Shown piece by piece: positions 52,801 through 63,215 of a stretch of DNA of 64,000 nt. Under the pieces are notes generated by a model. It saw only the letters and a list, made by a program, of their open reading frames with translations, was not told the DNA's origin and did not search any database. Each line of letters opens with the position of its first letter. The stretch's first letter is position 1. Origin of the DNA: Stegostoma tigrinum (Eukaryota); contig NC_081387.1 of the NCBI RefSeq assembly GCF_030684315.1, positions 6,738,497 through 6,802,496 of the forward strand, written 5' to 3'. Both the position numbers and the translations under genes were made by a program.

Positions 52801-55800
52801 GCTGCCTCACAACACCAGGGGCCAAGGTTCAATTCTATCCTCTAGCAACTCTCTGTATGGAGTTTGCACATTCTCCCTGCGTCTGTGTGAGTTTCCTCTG
52901 GGTGCTCTGGTTTCCTCCCAGTGTCCAAAGGTGTGCAGGCGTGGTGGATTGGGCATGCTAAATTGCCCATATTGTTCAGGGAAGTGTAGATTAGAGGGAT
53001 GGGTTTGGGTGGCTTGAGTTCACTGTGGACTTGTTGGGCTGAATGGCCTGTTTCCACACTGTAGGGATTCTGTGCCGTTTTCTCAAGGAAAGATTTTCTC
53101 ATGAAAGTTTGTTTCATCAAAAATAAAACAATAAAATTCAAAGTAATGGTGGACTGTATCAAAAAAGACTTGATACAAAGTAAGTTAGAACACCATAGGA
53201 AGCTTGTTCTGAGTCATCTTCAGTTATTCAAGGTAACATATAATGGACATGAAGGTTTTTGTAAATGCGAACAATTGACAGATGGAATTTAATGCTGAGA
53301 AGTGTGAAGTTATATATTTTGGTACTAAGAATGAGAAACGATAATAAAACAAAGGCAGAATTCTAGAAAGGGCAAGGGTAAGCAGGAAACCTGGGATATA
53401 TGTGCACCAACATTTGAATGTTATTGTGTGGGCTGGAAAAGGTGTTAGAAAAAGATGAGCACTATTGTGCACTGGAAACTGGAGTGCAGAACAAATAAAC
53501 AAGGAATTTGTGAGGGAATTTTATAAAGACGCAGATTTGGTTTCAAGACAGAATTGTGTCCTGTTGCACCCACCTTTTTCCTTCTTGGAGGAAAACTTCA
53601 CAGAGGCCACAGAAAGGTTTGTGAGAATGTTTCTAGCAATGAGTGAGTTCTCTTATGTTACCTGAAAAAAAAAGGAATGTTCTACTTGGAAGTGTCTATA
53701 CAGAGAAGTAACTGGATAGCAGTGATTGAAATAATGCTATGCCTAGACAGATACTGAAAGGAAGAAACTGCTCCAATGGTGGATGGGCTGTAAATCAATG
53801 ATCACTATTATGAGGCTAATTAATGGCAAAATAGCCAACAACAACATGAGGATACCTTTCCACTTCAGCTAACAGAGCGGTGTAAGACAGATTCAGTTGT
53901 GACTTTCAAAGGGCCTGTGGATATATGGCTTCAGAGAAAACATTTCCAAGAAAGGACAGGAGTGTATGACGAGTTGAGTTCCCCTCAGACGGCCAGCCTC
54001 CTTAAGTGCTGTGACCGTTTAATTATTCCATAAACCTATATCACTGTCACCTAAATTTCAAGATTGCAGTCTGAGCGAGTGAAACATCTGCCAGAGGCTT
54101 ATCTCTGACACATGAGGACATCAATCTGTACTGGTGAATAAATCTGACTTGTAAACTGAGCTGCTCAACCCATAATTCTGCCCATTGTGACAATACTTTG
54201 ATCTTGGAATGGAGCCGAGGTTCGGGTCACTGAACCCTGAACGCTGACCTAGCTTCAAATCAACAATGTCCACCAGTGATCATCAAGCCTCCAAGTAAGA
54301 TTGAAATGAATCAATTGTATTCTGGGTGTATGCCAGTGTCTGATTTGAATATTTTTTCTTCTGGCTTTTGCTGTTCAGTTTGAGTAATTTCAGCATGGCA
54401 TAAACAGCCCCACAAAAGCAGGACATTGTCAGCTGCTAACAGCTAAAGTGTACAATCTTGTATAAGGTATGTATTAAGATATCTCTGATACAGCTGCATT
54501 TGTCGTTCACACAGCAAGCAGGATTGTATGTGTTTCATGAACAATGCACAATATCATGAAATGGAATATAATAACATGGAATTGGACCATAGATATAAAA
54601 AGAGTTTAAAATTTGTTGGACATTATAAGTTCATTGTTATATAGCATGGAAACAGGCCATTTTGGTCCAACTTACCCATGCTGACCAGCTTTCCCAAACT
54701 GAACTAGCCCCATTTGCCTGCGCTTGGCCCATATCTCTCAAAATCTTTCTTTTCCTTGTACCTGTTTAAATGTCTTTTTAATTGCACCAACATTTACCAT
54801 TTCCTTTGGCAGCTTGTTCAACATACGCATCACCCTCTGTGCAGAACAGGTTGTGCGTCAGAACCTTTTAAATCTCTCGCCCTCTCAACTTAAACCTATG
54901 TCCTCTAGTTTTAGACTCCCCTACCCTGGGGTAAAAGACCTTTTGCTAATTACCTTATCAGTGTCCCTCATGATTTTATAAACCTCTATAAGGTCACACC
55001 TCTCTCGGGGGGGGAAAAATGTCCCAGCCTATTTGAACCTCCCATCACCATTAAATGTTCCAGTCTCAGTTATATCCTTGAAAATCATTTTTTGCATTTG
55101 AAAGCGTGAACCACTTTGATCTACTTTGTCAACACCGTATTCTTGGCAACTTGGTGATTCCCATGGAGTCACTGCTCTTGGCCTCTGCTCTGAGGAGCCA
55201 CAGTAAATTTGTATTCTGATTTCTTCAGACCTCAGGCCAGGGGATTCCTACAGGATTGACTGGATGGCCATGAGTTGCATCCCTCTGCTTCATACTCCCT
55301 CAGCTTTTAACTTCTCAGCCCAAGAGCTACCGCCAGCGTACTCTCGTGTTGCAGAGTTGCCTGTGGCAGTCTTCTCCCCACCGAGAATTTTTCTATGAAT
55401 GCATTTCCCTGCAATAATTACAATACTGGACTCTCTTTACTGGAATTCAAAGACATCACTGGTAGGAAGTGACAGGTTGTAGTCAAATATTCACAAATGA
55501 TGTATCATTCAAATTACTTTTAAGCAGTGTTTGCAGTTTTTGATCTCCGATGTCCTGTCAATGACTGTGACTGGCTCACTTTCCCAAAGGTGCATGAGAC
55601 CAAATAAGAGTATTAAAGTTGTGAAAATATAATTTTGGTGGATGTTGATGTGTTGGGAAATGGTCTTATAAAAATTGCACTCTTGTCGATAATGTTTGGG
55701 ATCTATTGTGAAAAGAGAATGAATACATTGCCTCATTTACTACACTACACTCTTCAGTGTTTGTTTTTCTGGATTTTCTAACATTTATTTTCCGTTCTCT

Positions 55801-55819
55801 AGGTTACAATGTTATTTAA
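31746..55819 (+). CDS. Non-classical MHC class I heavy chain, 332 aa; join(31746..31818,40668..40928,46075..46350,46556..46822,52567..52671,55803..55819)
   Basis: Six GT-AG exons, all phase-1 introns, total 999 bp with no internal stop: leader, alpha1, alpha2, alpha3 (Ig C1), TM and cytoplasmic exons. Confidence 0.92.
32306..32527. mobile_element. Young Penelope-derived hairpin insertion with target-site duplication
   Basis: ~90-bp near-perfect inverted arms; flanked by acatttgcaagcataga at 32291-32307 and 32528-32544. Confidence 0.88.
32370..32397 (-). ncRNA. Hammerhead-ribozyme-like core
   Basis: Minus strand CTGAGGA-a-GGGT-ctcg-GCCC-GAAAC-GTC; canonical GUC triplet, weak stem I. Confidence 0.5.
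32545..32975 (-). mobile_element. CR1 LINE 3' end
   Basis: GDLNEVYKIMR motif in ORF 32667..33041. Confidence 0.8.
33585..34710 (+). mobile_element. Penelope-like element 3' part (GIY-YIG endonuclease and pseudo-LTR)
   Basis: FLNRGFPSSVV; FTCTSQNLVYCIRCSQCGMLYTGE..RLGDHFAEHL; CKLEEQHLILHLGTLQPSGLNIEF; pseudo-LTR with ctgaggaagggtcactggacctgaaac near 34580. Confidence 0.85.
34870..36650 (+). mobile_element. Old, highly degenerate CR1 LINE
   Basis: Eroded RT motifs in collinear order (ggcaaatcatgtttgact, tttaaaaaggtgtttga, tttgcaggtgac). Confidence 0.6.
38247..38313 (+). repeat. Tandem duplication, 2 x 32 bp
   Basis: tacccctcagtctaggacaccaggaaaaataa repeated perfectly. Confidence 0.95.
39115..40083 (+). 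mobile_element. CR1 LINE 3' part
   Basis: MVSKFADSIK-like RT motif through to the tatgactcta tail. Confidence 0.8.
40668..40928 (+). CDS. MHC class I exon 2, alpha1 domain
   Basis: Polypyrimidine tract + ag; DSHSLLFQYT...LDGCEIYYFDSN...PRQKWM...TYWEQ...ENQTS; conserved NQT glycosylation site; gtgag donor. Confidence 0.95.
41130..44100 (-). mobile_element. Degenerate non-LTR retrotransposon (endonuclease + RT) in class I intron 2, with an HE1-like SINE at ~42100-42405 (+)
   Basis: LDTIKTLGPDNI and NLFSDAQFAFHQGH peptides; same family as pieces at ~17690-18010 and ~25545-26190. Confidence 0.7.
46075..46350 (+). CDS. MHC class I exon 3, alpha2 domain
   Basis: 276 bp; THYLQGLFGCEL...FAFDGRYILSFDKDTLVW...KEKWD...ENDCPDLWKTYY; C101-C164 pair present. 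Confidence 0.95.
46556..46822 (+). CDS. MHC class I exon 4, alpha3 Ig C1 domain
   Basis: PPEV...LQCIVIGFYPQPINVTWLKNG...LPNEDGTFQ...YACHIEHISF...VLW; G|gtaag donor. Confidence 0.96.
47670..49820 (-). mobile_element. CR1 LINE nested inside an older + strand CR1 (~47230-47650 and ~49820-50950)
   Basis: WIQNWLESRRQKVVV, LGPLLFVIYVNDLD and EFSDDTKIGG motifs; the host CR1 resumes after 49820. Confidence 0.85.
52567..52671 (+). CDS. MHC class I exon 5, connecting peptide and transmembrane segment
   Basis: tttcag|AA...; EGKVKNSKNVGLIVLGVLVSLAIILIIFIWWRRQR; G|gtagg donor. Confidence 0.9.
52779..53072 (+). mobile_element. HE1-like SINE
   Basis: cggtggctcagtaggtagcactgctgcctcac head and ctgtagggattct tail. 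Confidence 0.82.
54635..55100 (-). mobile_element. CR1 LINE 3' end
   Basis: ctcatgattttataaacctctataaggtcac is the reverse of the GDLIEVYKIM-coding sequence. Confidence 0.8.
55803..55819 (+). CDS. MHC class I exon 6, cytoplasmic tail (G)YNVI*
   Basis: Branch-like tctaac plus polypyrimidine tract ttttccgttctctag|GTTACAATGTTATTTAA; phase matches exon 5. Confidence 0.7.
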
Positions 55820-55974
55820 CCAGGGCCTGAGATGGTGAAATGCTTGAGTGGAATTGGCAGCAAGACAGACTGAAATTAATAATTTCTTTGTAACTACAGC
55901 TGTTTTAATTGCATAATCATTTTAAATGCATTTTATATTTCTAATAATTTTACTAAAATATTAATTATTTGCTC

Positions 55975-56185
55975 AAAAACAAAAAAGTAGTTGCTGGAAA
56001 AGCTCAGCAGGTCTGGAAGCATCTGTGGAGGAGAAAACAGAGTGAACTCAGAGTTCTGAGGAAGAGTCACTGGACCCTAAAAGTTAACTCTGTTTTCTTC
56101 TCCACAGATGCTGCCAGACCTGCTGAGCTTTTGCAGCAACTTTGTTTTTGTTCCTGATTTACAGCATCCACAGTTCTTTTGCTTT
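55975..56185. mobile_element. Penelope-derived hairpin in the probable class I 3' UTR
   Basis: gttgctggaaaagctcagcaggtctgg / ccagacctgctgagcttttgcagcaac inverted arms. Confidence 0.8.
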
Positions 56186-56562
56186 TAATTATTTGCTCAA
56201 CTTTGGAATGAGTAATGCCATGTTTGATCTATAATTGCATAAACTGATTCTATATATTACATAATGGCAGCAATGAATTCAAAAGCATGTGCGGTCAATA
56301 TTATTCCTACATCCCAGAGATGTACTGGATGTTGGCCTCAGGTTGAGGACCTGCACTTGTCGGATTAGGTAATGGGTATAGAAGTTCTGTTCAACCAGTG
56401 GGTGCACAACTGAGCATCACAAACTTTATCAAAAGTTACTACTCACCTATTGTATCCATGCAACATTGGCGAGGAAAACCCAACGATGATACTTCCCTCT
56501 ATAAGTGAAGAGATTGATGTTGATGTAGCATGTCTGCTGTTAACAGGATCATTCTAAATGGG

Positions 56563-56568
56563 AATAAA
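56563..56568 (+). promoter_or_regulatory. Candidate polyadenylation signal of the class I gene
   Basis: First AATAAA seen downstream of the class I stop codon. Confidence 0.35.
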
Positions 56569-56942
56569 ACTAAAAGACCTTGCCCAACTGGCATGTAATC
56601 TTTACCTGTCAGCATTAAGTGAAGCACATCTCCATAAAGTTCATGCAAGGTGTAAAGGTATTTTCAGAATATTTTAGAGGGAAGTTTTAACAGTGGCAAG
56701 GGATGACCGCAAACCTTGGACATGTGGACTTTGCCTCTGTCAGAGACTTTTGTTCCACCTTATGAAGGAAACTATTCTCAACACACGATTGAAAAAGTAC
56801 TGTACGACATTAGTCCTTATTAACTCCCATCACGTATCCCACTCAATGTTAAATTTCATTGATCTCTGGAAAAAAAACTGCTGTTTGTGGCATGTAACAG
56901 GTTATATCTGCTTACTCCTATTTTGCGCAGCTATTGTGGGAG

Positions 56943-57880
56943 CTATTCATTTTGAACTCGGGACCCATTAAAGCCTAACCTATGTGTTATTTCCCGAAGA
57001 TAGATAGTGACTAGATTCAATGGATATTTGAGTAGATTTTTTAACTGCTCTCTGAATTTTGTTTGGGAAACTGCATAAATAATGGTGTTTGTGCAGGAAC
57101 TCAAGTGTTGCAGCATGTATCCTGTTTGCTCCATAATGGTAAAAGGATTACTGTAATCTGTGTGCAAGTATTCAACATCCATAACTTGTACACATATATA
57201 ATGAGTAAATGTGACTATCCACAGCAGTATGAAGCTACCAGATATGGCCAATAGTAAAACAATGGATTTTCTTCGGTTTTCCATTTCAGTGTCTTTGTCA
57301 CTACCCCGGAGACCCTTCCTGATCCTGCTTGTCAGTAGAATATGCCTGATGGTCAGGCCATTGAATATAAGGATCAAGAGAAAAGGAATAAAAGGCATGA
57401 AAGCTATATCAATCCATAAGAATGTAACCCACAGAGGAACAGTGTACAAGCTTAATTTTATATTGCAGAACCATGATATATTATTAATTATTATGCGTGG
57501 TTCAAACGTAAAGTAAATTGGTATGTTTTCCAGGATGCTCAGCACCCATATCATGGTGACAACTATTGCTGCCGACTTTTCAGTGCAATATTGTGTTCTT
57601 GCTTTTTGGCAACAAATAGCAACAAATCTGTCAAAGGTGAAAGCTACAGTCAACCAGACAGAGCATTCAATAAAAGCAAAAATTAGGAAGAAATTCAGAC
57701 TGCAAATGGGTGTATAGTCCAAGAAGGAATCTGGGAAATAAACTTCATTCATCTCGTAGAGAACCACATCAAATAGGAGGACCAGTAAATCTGCTGCTGC
57801 CATGGATACCAGGTAAATTGTGATGCATTTAGAGAGGCCACATTTTCCACGGGAGAGAATCGCAATTGTTACCAAATTGG
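56943..57880 (-). CDS. GPR139/GPR142-like class A orphan GPCR, main coding exon (end of TM1 to C-terminus)
   Basis: NLVTIAILSRGKCGLSKCITIYLVSMAAADL, SVWLTVAFTFDRFVAICC, ENRRKSIVLL and SSCTNTIIY motifs; acceptor ttctccatgtacag|CC AAT (phase 1). The first ~15 aa of the listed ORF are intronic; the short first coding exon was not identified. Confidence 0.9.
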
Positions 57881-58790
57881 CTGTACATGGAGAAGAAATG
57901 AAATAGATCAGTACAGTATATTTCAAAAGAGAGCAAAATAAATGACAATGACCAAGGTTTTTTTCCCATTAACTCTCATCCAAATAATTTTGATAATTCT
58001 GAGGATGCATATCAGCAAAATATCATTTATTGTCAAAGTCAGTCAAGCAACAAATTAGAGATTTAAGCACCAATTTTCAGAACACCTCATTAAAGTTTCT
58101 AATTTGTTCATACAATTTTAGAGGCAAGCAATGAAGTTAGGGATTTATTGCAGCACATTTACAGATTTAGTGCATCACTTACAACTTTCTCAATGTTACC
58201 ATAAACCGCACAAAATAAATGTTCCATTCCTTGTGAAGACTAGCATTCATAGAATCACGGTCACTTCTGGCACAAATGGAGTTCATTCAGCTCTTCATGG
58301 AACAATCTATTAATTCCTGTTCTGCTGCTCAGTCTTAGTATGCCTGTGAGGTTGTTTAATTCAACTGTCGATTCAATCTTCTCTAGAAACCATTGATTAT
58401 TTCTACCGCCATCCCATCAGAGAATTACAACTCACTATCTCAGAAAAAAAACACTGTTTCTTGTTGAAGATACTAAATCTGTGTCCATTAGTGCTTCTCA
58501 ATTCATGAGAAGAGTTTTTGTTTGTTGGTCTTTTTCCAATTAATCACAGCAGAATTTTAGAATCACAGTTACTTTGGCACAGAAGGGCATCTTTCCACCC
58601 ATTTTATGGGCTGTTGAGTGAATTTGTGTCTTCTGCTATTTGTCTTCCCATCTGCCAGTTCCCTTTGAATTGTCGTGTCACATCAATGTCATCTCACCTT
58701 ATTTCTTTTAGTTCAAAAATATATTGCCAGAAATTCTTTTACATTGAATTCCATATACAACTTATCAACAGATTCTATTGCCTTTACCCT

Positions 58791-59517
58791 TGAGATGTTA
58801 TTGGGATAACAGCCCATTGATTTCTATACTTCTATAAATTAATGTCCTTTATCTGCCTACACACAGGTATGCAGGCACTGCCTTAAAGCTTCCTGCCCAA
58901 CGAGGAATTCGGTGTAAGACTTTGTAACTCCTTATCTTCCTACATATCGGTATGCAGACACTGCCTTAAGCTTCCTGGCTGAATCGATTTAGAATTAAAC
59001 TGTCTCAAATAAGGTTAAGTGAGAAACATTTGTAAAGGTGTGAGGCTTCTGAAGTATGTAACTTCTGTCTCTAACAAAGAGGCCAGGGCACTGACTTTGT
59101 TCCAGACAGACACATCAGCAACTTGAAATTACAATCTGTCTCGTTGACAACTTGAAATCGCCTCCTGCCATTAGCAGTCACTTCATGAACGATCTATACT
59201 ATATCCTGGTCTTTTATGTTCTTGGTGTAATAATTGTTTTGTATCCTGCCTTTGTCTGTTGTAATAATTGTTTCATGTATCATGTCATTGTGAGAAGTGA
59301 AATTGTTTTATGCATTATGTACCTAGTAAAGTATAAAAAGCGGAGATTGCTGCTCGGGGAGAATTACTTACGAGACTCTGCACTCTGTGCTGGGCTAAAT
59401 ACAATGATTCTCCACAGCTTGTACTTGCTTGGTAATAAAGGATTTGTGTTTTTTTAAACAGGTCAGTGTCTTGTTATTGCATCACGTCTGTGAGGGTCTC
59501 CGAAAACGAACCTGACA
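58791..59517 (+). mobile_element. Solo LTR (ERV/Gypsy type), 727 bp
   Basis: TG...CA termini; 4-bp TSD CCCT (58787-58790, 59518-59521); internal ~28-bp direct repeats at ~58869 and ~58951; TATAAAA near 59332; AATAAA 59434-59439. Confidence 0.78.
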
Positions 59518-59929
59518 CCCTGTTCCAGGCAACTGTCAACATTCTCACTGTTTGTTCCTCCTATGTTTTGCGATCATTGCAAAAAATCAAAATTTTCCTC
59601 CAAATCAAAGTTTTAAGTCAACAAAATATAATGGAAAATGCTTCATAATTTGCAATCAATCTGCTCTCTTCTAATCTACCCCTAACATCAAAAAAGAACA
59701 ACAACTTTGGCAATGGATATGCTTGATGGTGTTGTAATACCAGTCTGGACAGGATTAAAATTGTCTTATTAGCACTGTAAAAATTCATGATTACTGGATC
59801 AGTCAATAAGTGTTTCTGCAGAACTGTAGTTTCATTTTAGGCCAAGCTACACATACCATCACAATTTTAAAACTTTTTTTTCCCCTGAATAAATGTTACT
59901 TTCATGCATATGACTAGTGTGGGAACTAA

Positions 59930-60275
59930 GTGGTATACAAGACAATGAGAGGCATAGATAGAGTTGATAGCCAGAGACTATTTCCCAGGGCAGAAATGGC
60001 TAGCATGAGGGGTCATAGTTTTAAGCTGGTTGGAGGAAAGTATAGAGGGGATGTCAGAGGGGGGTTCTTTACACAGAGAGTTGTGAGAGCATGGAATGCG
60101 TTGCCAGCAGCAGTTGTGGAAGCAAGGTCATTGGGGTCATTTAAGAGACTGCTGGACATGCATATGGTCACTGAAATTTGAGGGTGCATACATGAGGATC
60201 AATGGTCGGCACAACACCGTGGGCTGAAGGACCTGTTCTGTCCTGTACTGTTGTATGTTCTATGTTCTTTGTTCT
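59930..60275 (+). mobile_element. Young CR1 LINE 3' end
   Basis: Uninterrupted VYKTMRGIDRVD...FFTQRVVRAWNALP...FKRLLD; (ttctatg)n tail. Confidence 0.9.
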
Positions 60276-60699
60276 ATAAGTGGTGTCTCTGAATGAGCAA
60301 CCTGGAAACCCAAGCAAAAATTGCAAGGATATGAGTTTTAATCATATCATTATGGCAAAGTTTAATTCAATAAAAAAAGCTATGTTCATGTAACCACTGA
60401 CAATTAGTGTACCCAGATGACTTTTGTCCTGTAGTTAACCTTTCATGATCTAGCATATATGTAATTCCAGATCCATAGTAACTTGGTTAATACTAAACTA
60501 CCCTAACTTAGGAATGGACAATAAATGTTGGTACATGTCAGCAATGCACACATGCAGTGAACTGGTTTCTAAAAAGGAGAACCATAATATCTGTCAACTG
60601 CTGTAATCGTTAACGTTTATTTTCATGGGTTAAATCTGAGAAGAGACCTCTCCTATGGGCAATGATGCAAATTGAGGTATATGGGTATAACATACCACT

Positions 60700-63215
60700 A
60701 GCCAAAGAAGCATTTGCCACATTTCTGGAGATCACAGAAAAAGTGCTTTCAAACATCTGCATCAGCAAGGACAACATACTCACTCTTCTGGACCTATGCC
60801 TCACCACACACTTCATACTTAATGGCCAAATATACAAACAAATCAATGACACACATATGGGGTCAGTCAATTCAGGACTTATTGTACAGACAGTCCTGCA
60901 AAGACTGGAACTCGCTCCCCCTCCCCCTCATGCAGCCAAAACTGTGGATTCAAAATGTGGACGACACATTTTTCATCATTAAACACACCTAGTTAGAAGA
61001 AACTCACCATCTCATCAACAATGCTGCCACCGTGATCAGGTTTACAAGAGAAGAGGAAGACAACAATCAACTTCGATTCCTCGATGTCTATTTCTCTATT
61101 TCAGTGGCTGGAGTCATCAGAGCATGAGCTGGGGCAGCTGCGAAGGTAAATTTGTGTAGACAATACTTGCCTCATGAATAGTCGGAGCAAAGGCTGAGCA
61201 GGAACAAATGCAGACATGGGGACTGCTGGGTAAATAAACTGATATGTTGGGGCAGTGGCTAAACCTGAAACACTACACGTGTAGTGTCACCCACTCATCC
61301 TCCACCTCTAACGAGACAGAATGACTCTGTGTGGAGAGTCAGTAAGGTGATGGCTTTTCTTTTTTTGTTTCCTTTTTTCTTTATTTCTTTTGGCAATTTA
61401 GAGCAGAGGGCATGGAAGCTCAGGCATTTGTATGCTCCTCTTGTAGGCTGTGGGAGAAAGGGTCATTGCTGGTGTCTCCTCTGACTTCACCTGCGAGAAG
61501 TGAACCCAACTCCAGCTCCTCACAGACCACGTTAGGGAACTGGAGCTGGAGCTGGATGAACTCCGCACCATTCGGGAGGCTGAGGGGGTGATAGAAAGGA
61601 GTTTTAGAGAGGTACTCACAGGATAAGTTACAGGACAAAAGTAGGAGGGTGACCATCAGGAAAGGGAAAGCAGACAGTGCAGGAGTCCCCTGCGGCAAAT
61701 TCCCATAATAATAAAGATGCCACTTTAGATAATATAGGGGGGTTGACATACCAGTAGAATGCCATTGTGGCTAGGATTCTGGCACTGAGCCTGGCTCTGT
61801 GGCTCAGAAGGGAATGGGGGAGAATAGGAGAGTGATAGTGATAGGCGATTCAATGGTGAGGGAAACAAACAGGAAATTCTGTGTTCATGAACAAGGCTCC
61901 TGGATGGTGTGTTTGCTGGCAGGTGCCAGGTTCAGGGAGGTCTCAGGTTTACTCTACAGGGTTCATAAGGGGGAGTGTGAGCAACCAGAAGTCATGGTGC
62001 AAAGTGAGTGATGGATGCATGGAATGCATTGCCAGTGGTGGTAGTAGAGGCAGATACATTAGGGGCATTTAAGCGACTCTTGGATAGGCACATAGATGAT
62101 AATAATATGAAAGGTATGCGGGGTAGCTTGGTCTTAGAGTTGGATAATAGGTCGGCACAACATCGTGGGCTGAAGTGCCTGCACTGCACTGAACTGTTCT
62201 ATGTTCTATGATCTATATCGGGGTAGAAAGAATGACCAGAGAGGAGTTCCAAACCACAGTATGCAGGATGGCAACCTACAGTGACCAATTCCTGAATTTC
62301 CACAGCAATCACCTCAATATCCACAAACATATTTTGTGTTAGGACAGTATTCAGACAAGCCACAACACACTGCAACACGACAGAACTACACAAGAAGGAG
62401 GAAGAGAACATACACGAGGTACTTAATAACAACAGATATTCCAATAAATTCAGCTGCAGGTGCCTACTAGATAGAGAATGCCAAAAGGATACAGCAGGCC
62501 CCGAGACACTGGCCACACTACCAGATATCAAGAACATATCAGAACTGACGAGACTCCTACAACCACTTGGAATTACGGGAGCACACTGACCCACAGACAC
62601 ACTATGACAAACACTCACGAGGACCAAAGGCTCCATACCCATGACATGCAAGACCAACAAAATACTTTGCAATGATTGCAACAAACATTACATTGCCCTG
62701 ACCGGAAGGAAACTAGCCCTCAAGATACACAACACCAGCGAGCTGTAAAGTGACACCATGAGCTTTCCCTCATCTCAGTGCACTCTATAAAGGTCTTTAA
62801 TTTAACTGGGACAACTGAGTTTCCTAGCTCAGGCCAACCACTCACAGCATGGGAATTCCTCCAGGCCTGGTTTTCAACCAGTTATGGAGTTGACAAGCAT
62901 GTGGAATTAGACCCCAGATCCAGGATGCTGTCCCTGGAGCAGAGGACAGGTTCTTATGAGGAAAGGATATGGAAGCTTGAGCTTTTCTCATTGGAACGAA
63001 GAAGGATGGTTCTTGCTTCTCACAACTGTCTATGACAAATCCCAATTTAACAGACAATTACTTAATCCCAAGTGGAGTAGATCAACGTCTTTTATCAGAG
63101 CCCTCACTGATGACGTTACCGAGAATAGCGGCTAAACGTCTGTAGGATAGCCAGCCAATTGGGCGAGCAAACCAACGTTCTCGTCCACAACCCGAAGCTA
63201 CAAATCTTCGTAAGA
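60700..63215 (+). mobile_element. Penelope (Poseidon-like) element interrupted by a CR1 at ~61090-62215
   Basis: LLDLCLTTHFILNGQIYKQINDTHMGS and VDDTF RT motifs; GIY-YIG relic; terminal ctgatga hammerhead remnant near 63107. Confidence 0.82.
61090..62215 (+). mobile_element. Internally deleted CR1 (5' UTR and ORF1 joined to the ORF2 3' tail)
   Basis: LQLLTDHVRELELELDELR and esterase-like VIVIGDSMVR motifs, followed at ~62005 directly by AWNALP...FKRLLD and the tail. Confidence 0.75.

Noticed and set aside
55229-55273. Alternative cytoplasmic exon after ttcttcag (DLRPGIPTGLTGWP*)
   Set aside because: Weaker acceptor context in repeat-like sequence; the 55803 acceptor is preferred, though this is not excluded without RNA data
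57881-57926. N-terminus MKYTVLIYFISSPCT of the 327-aa GPCR ORF
   Set aside because: Starts at TTG and corresponds to the intron polypyrimidine tract and acceptor, so this is not a single-exon gene
60290-60350. Candidate GPCR exon 1 (ILAIF-like on the minus strand)
   Set aside because: No start codon or clean frame, weak donor, and it lies in a SINE-like remnant
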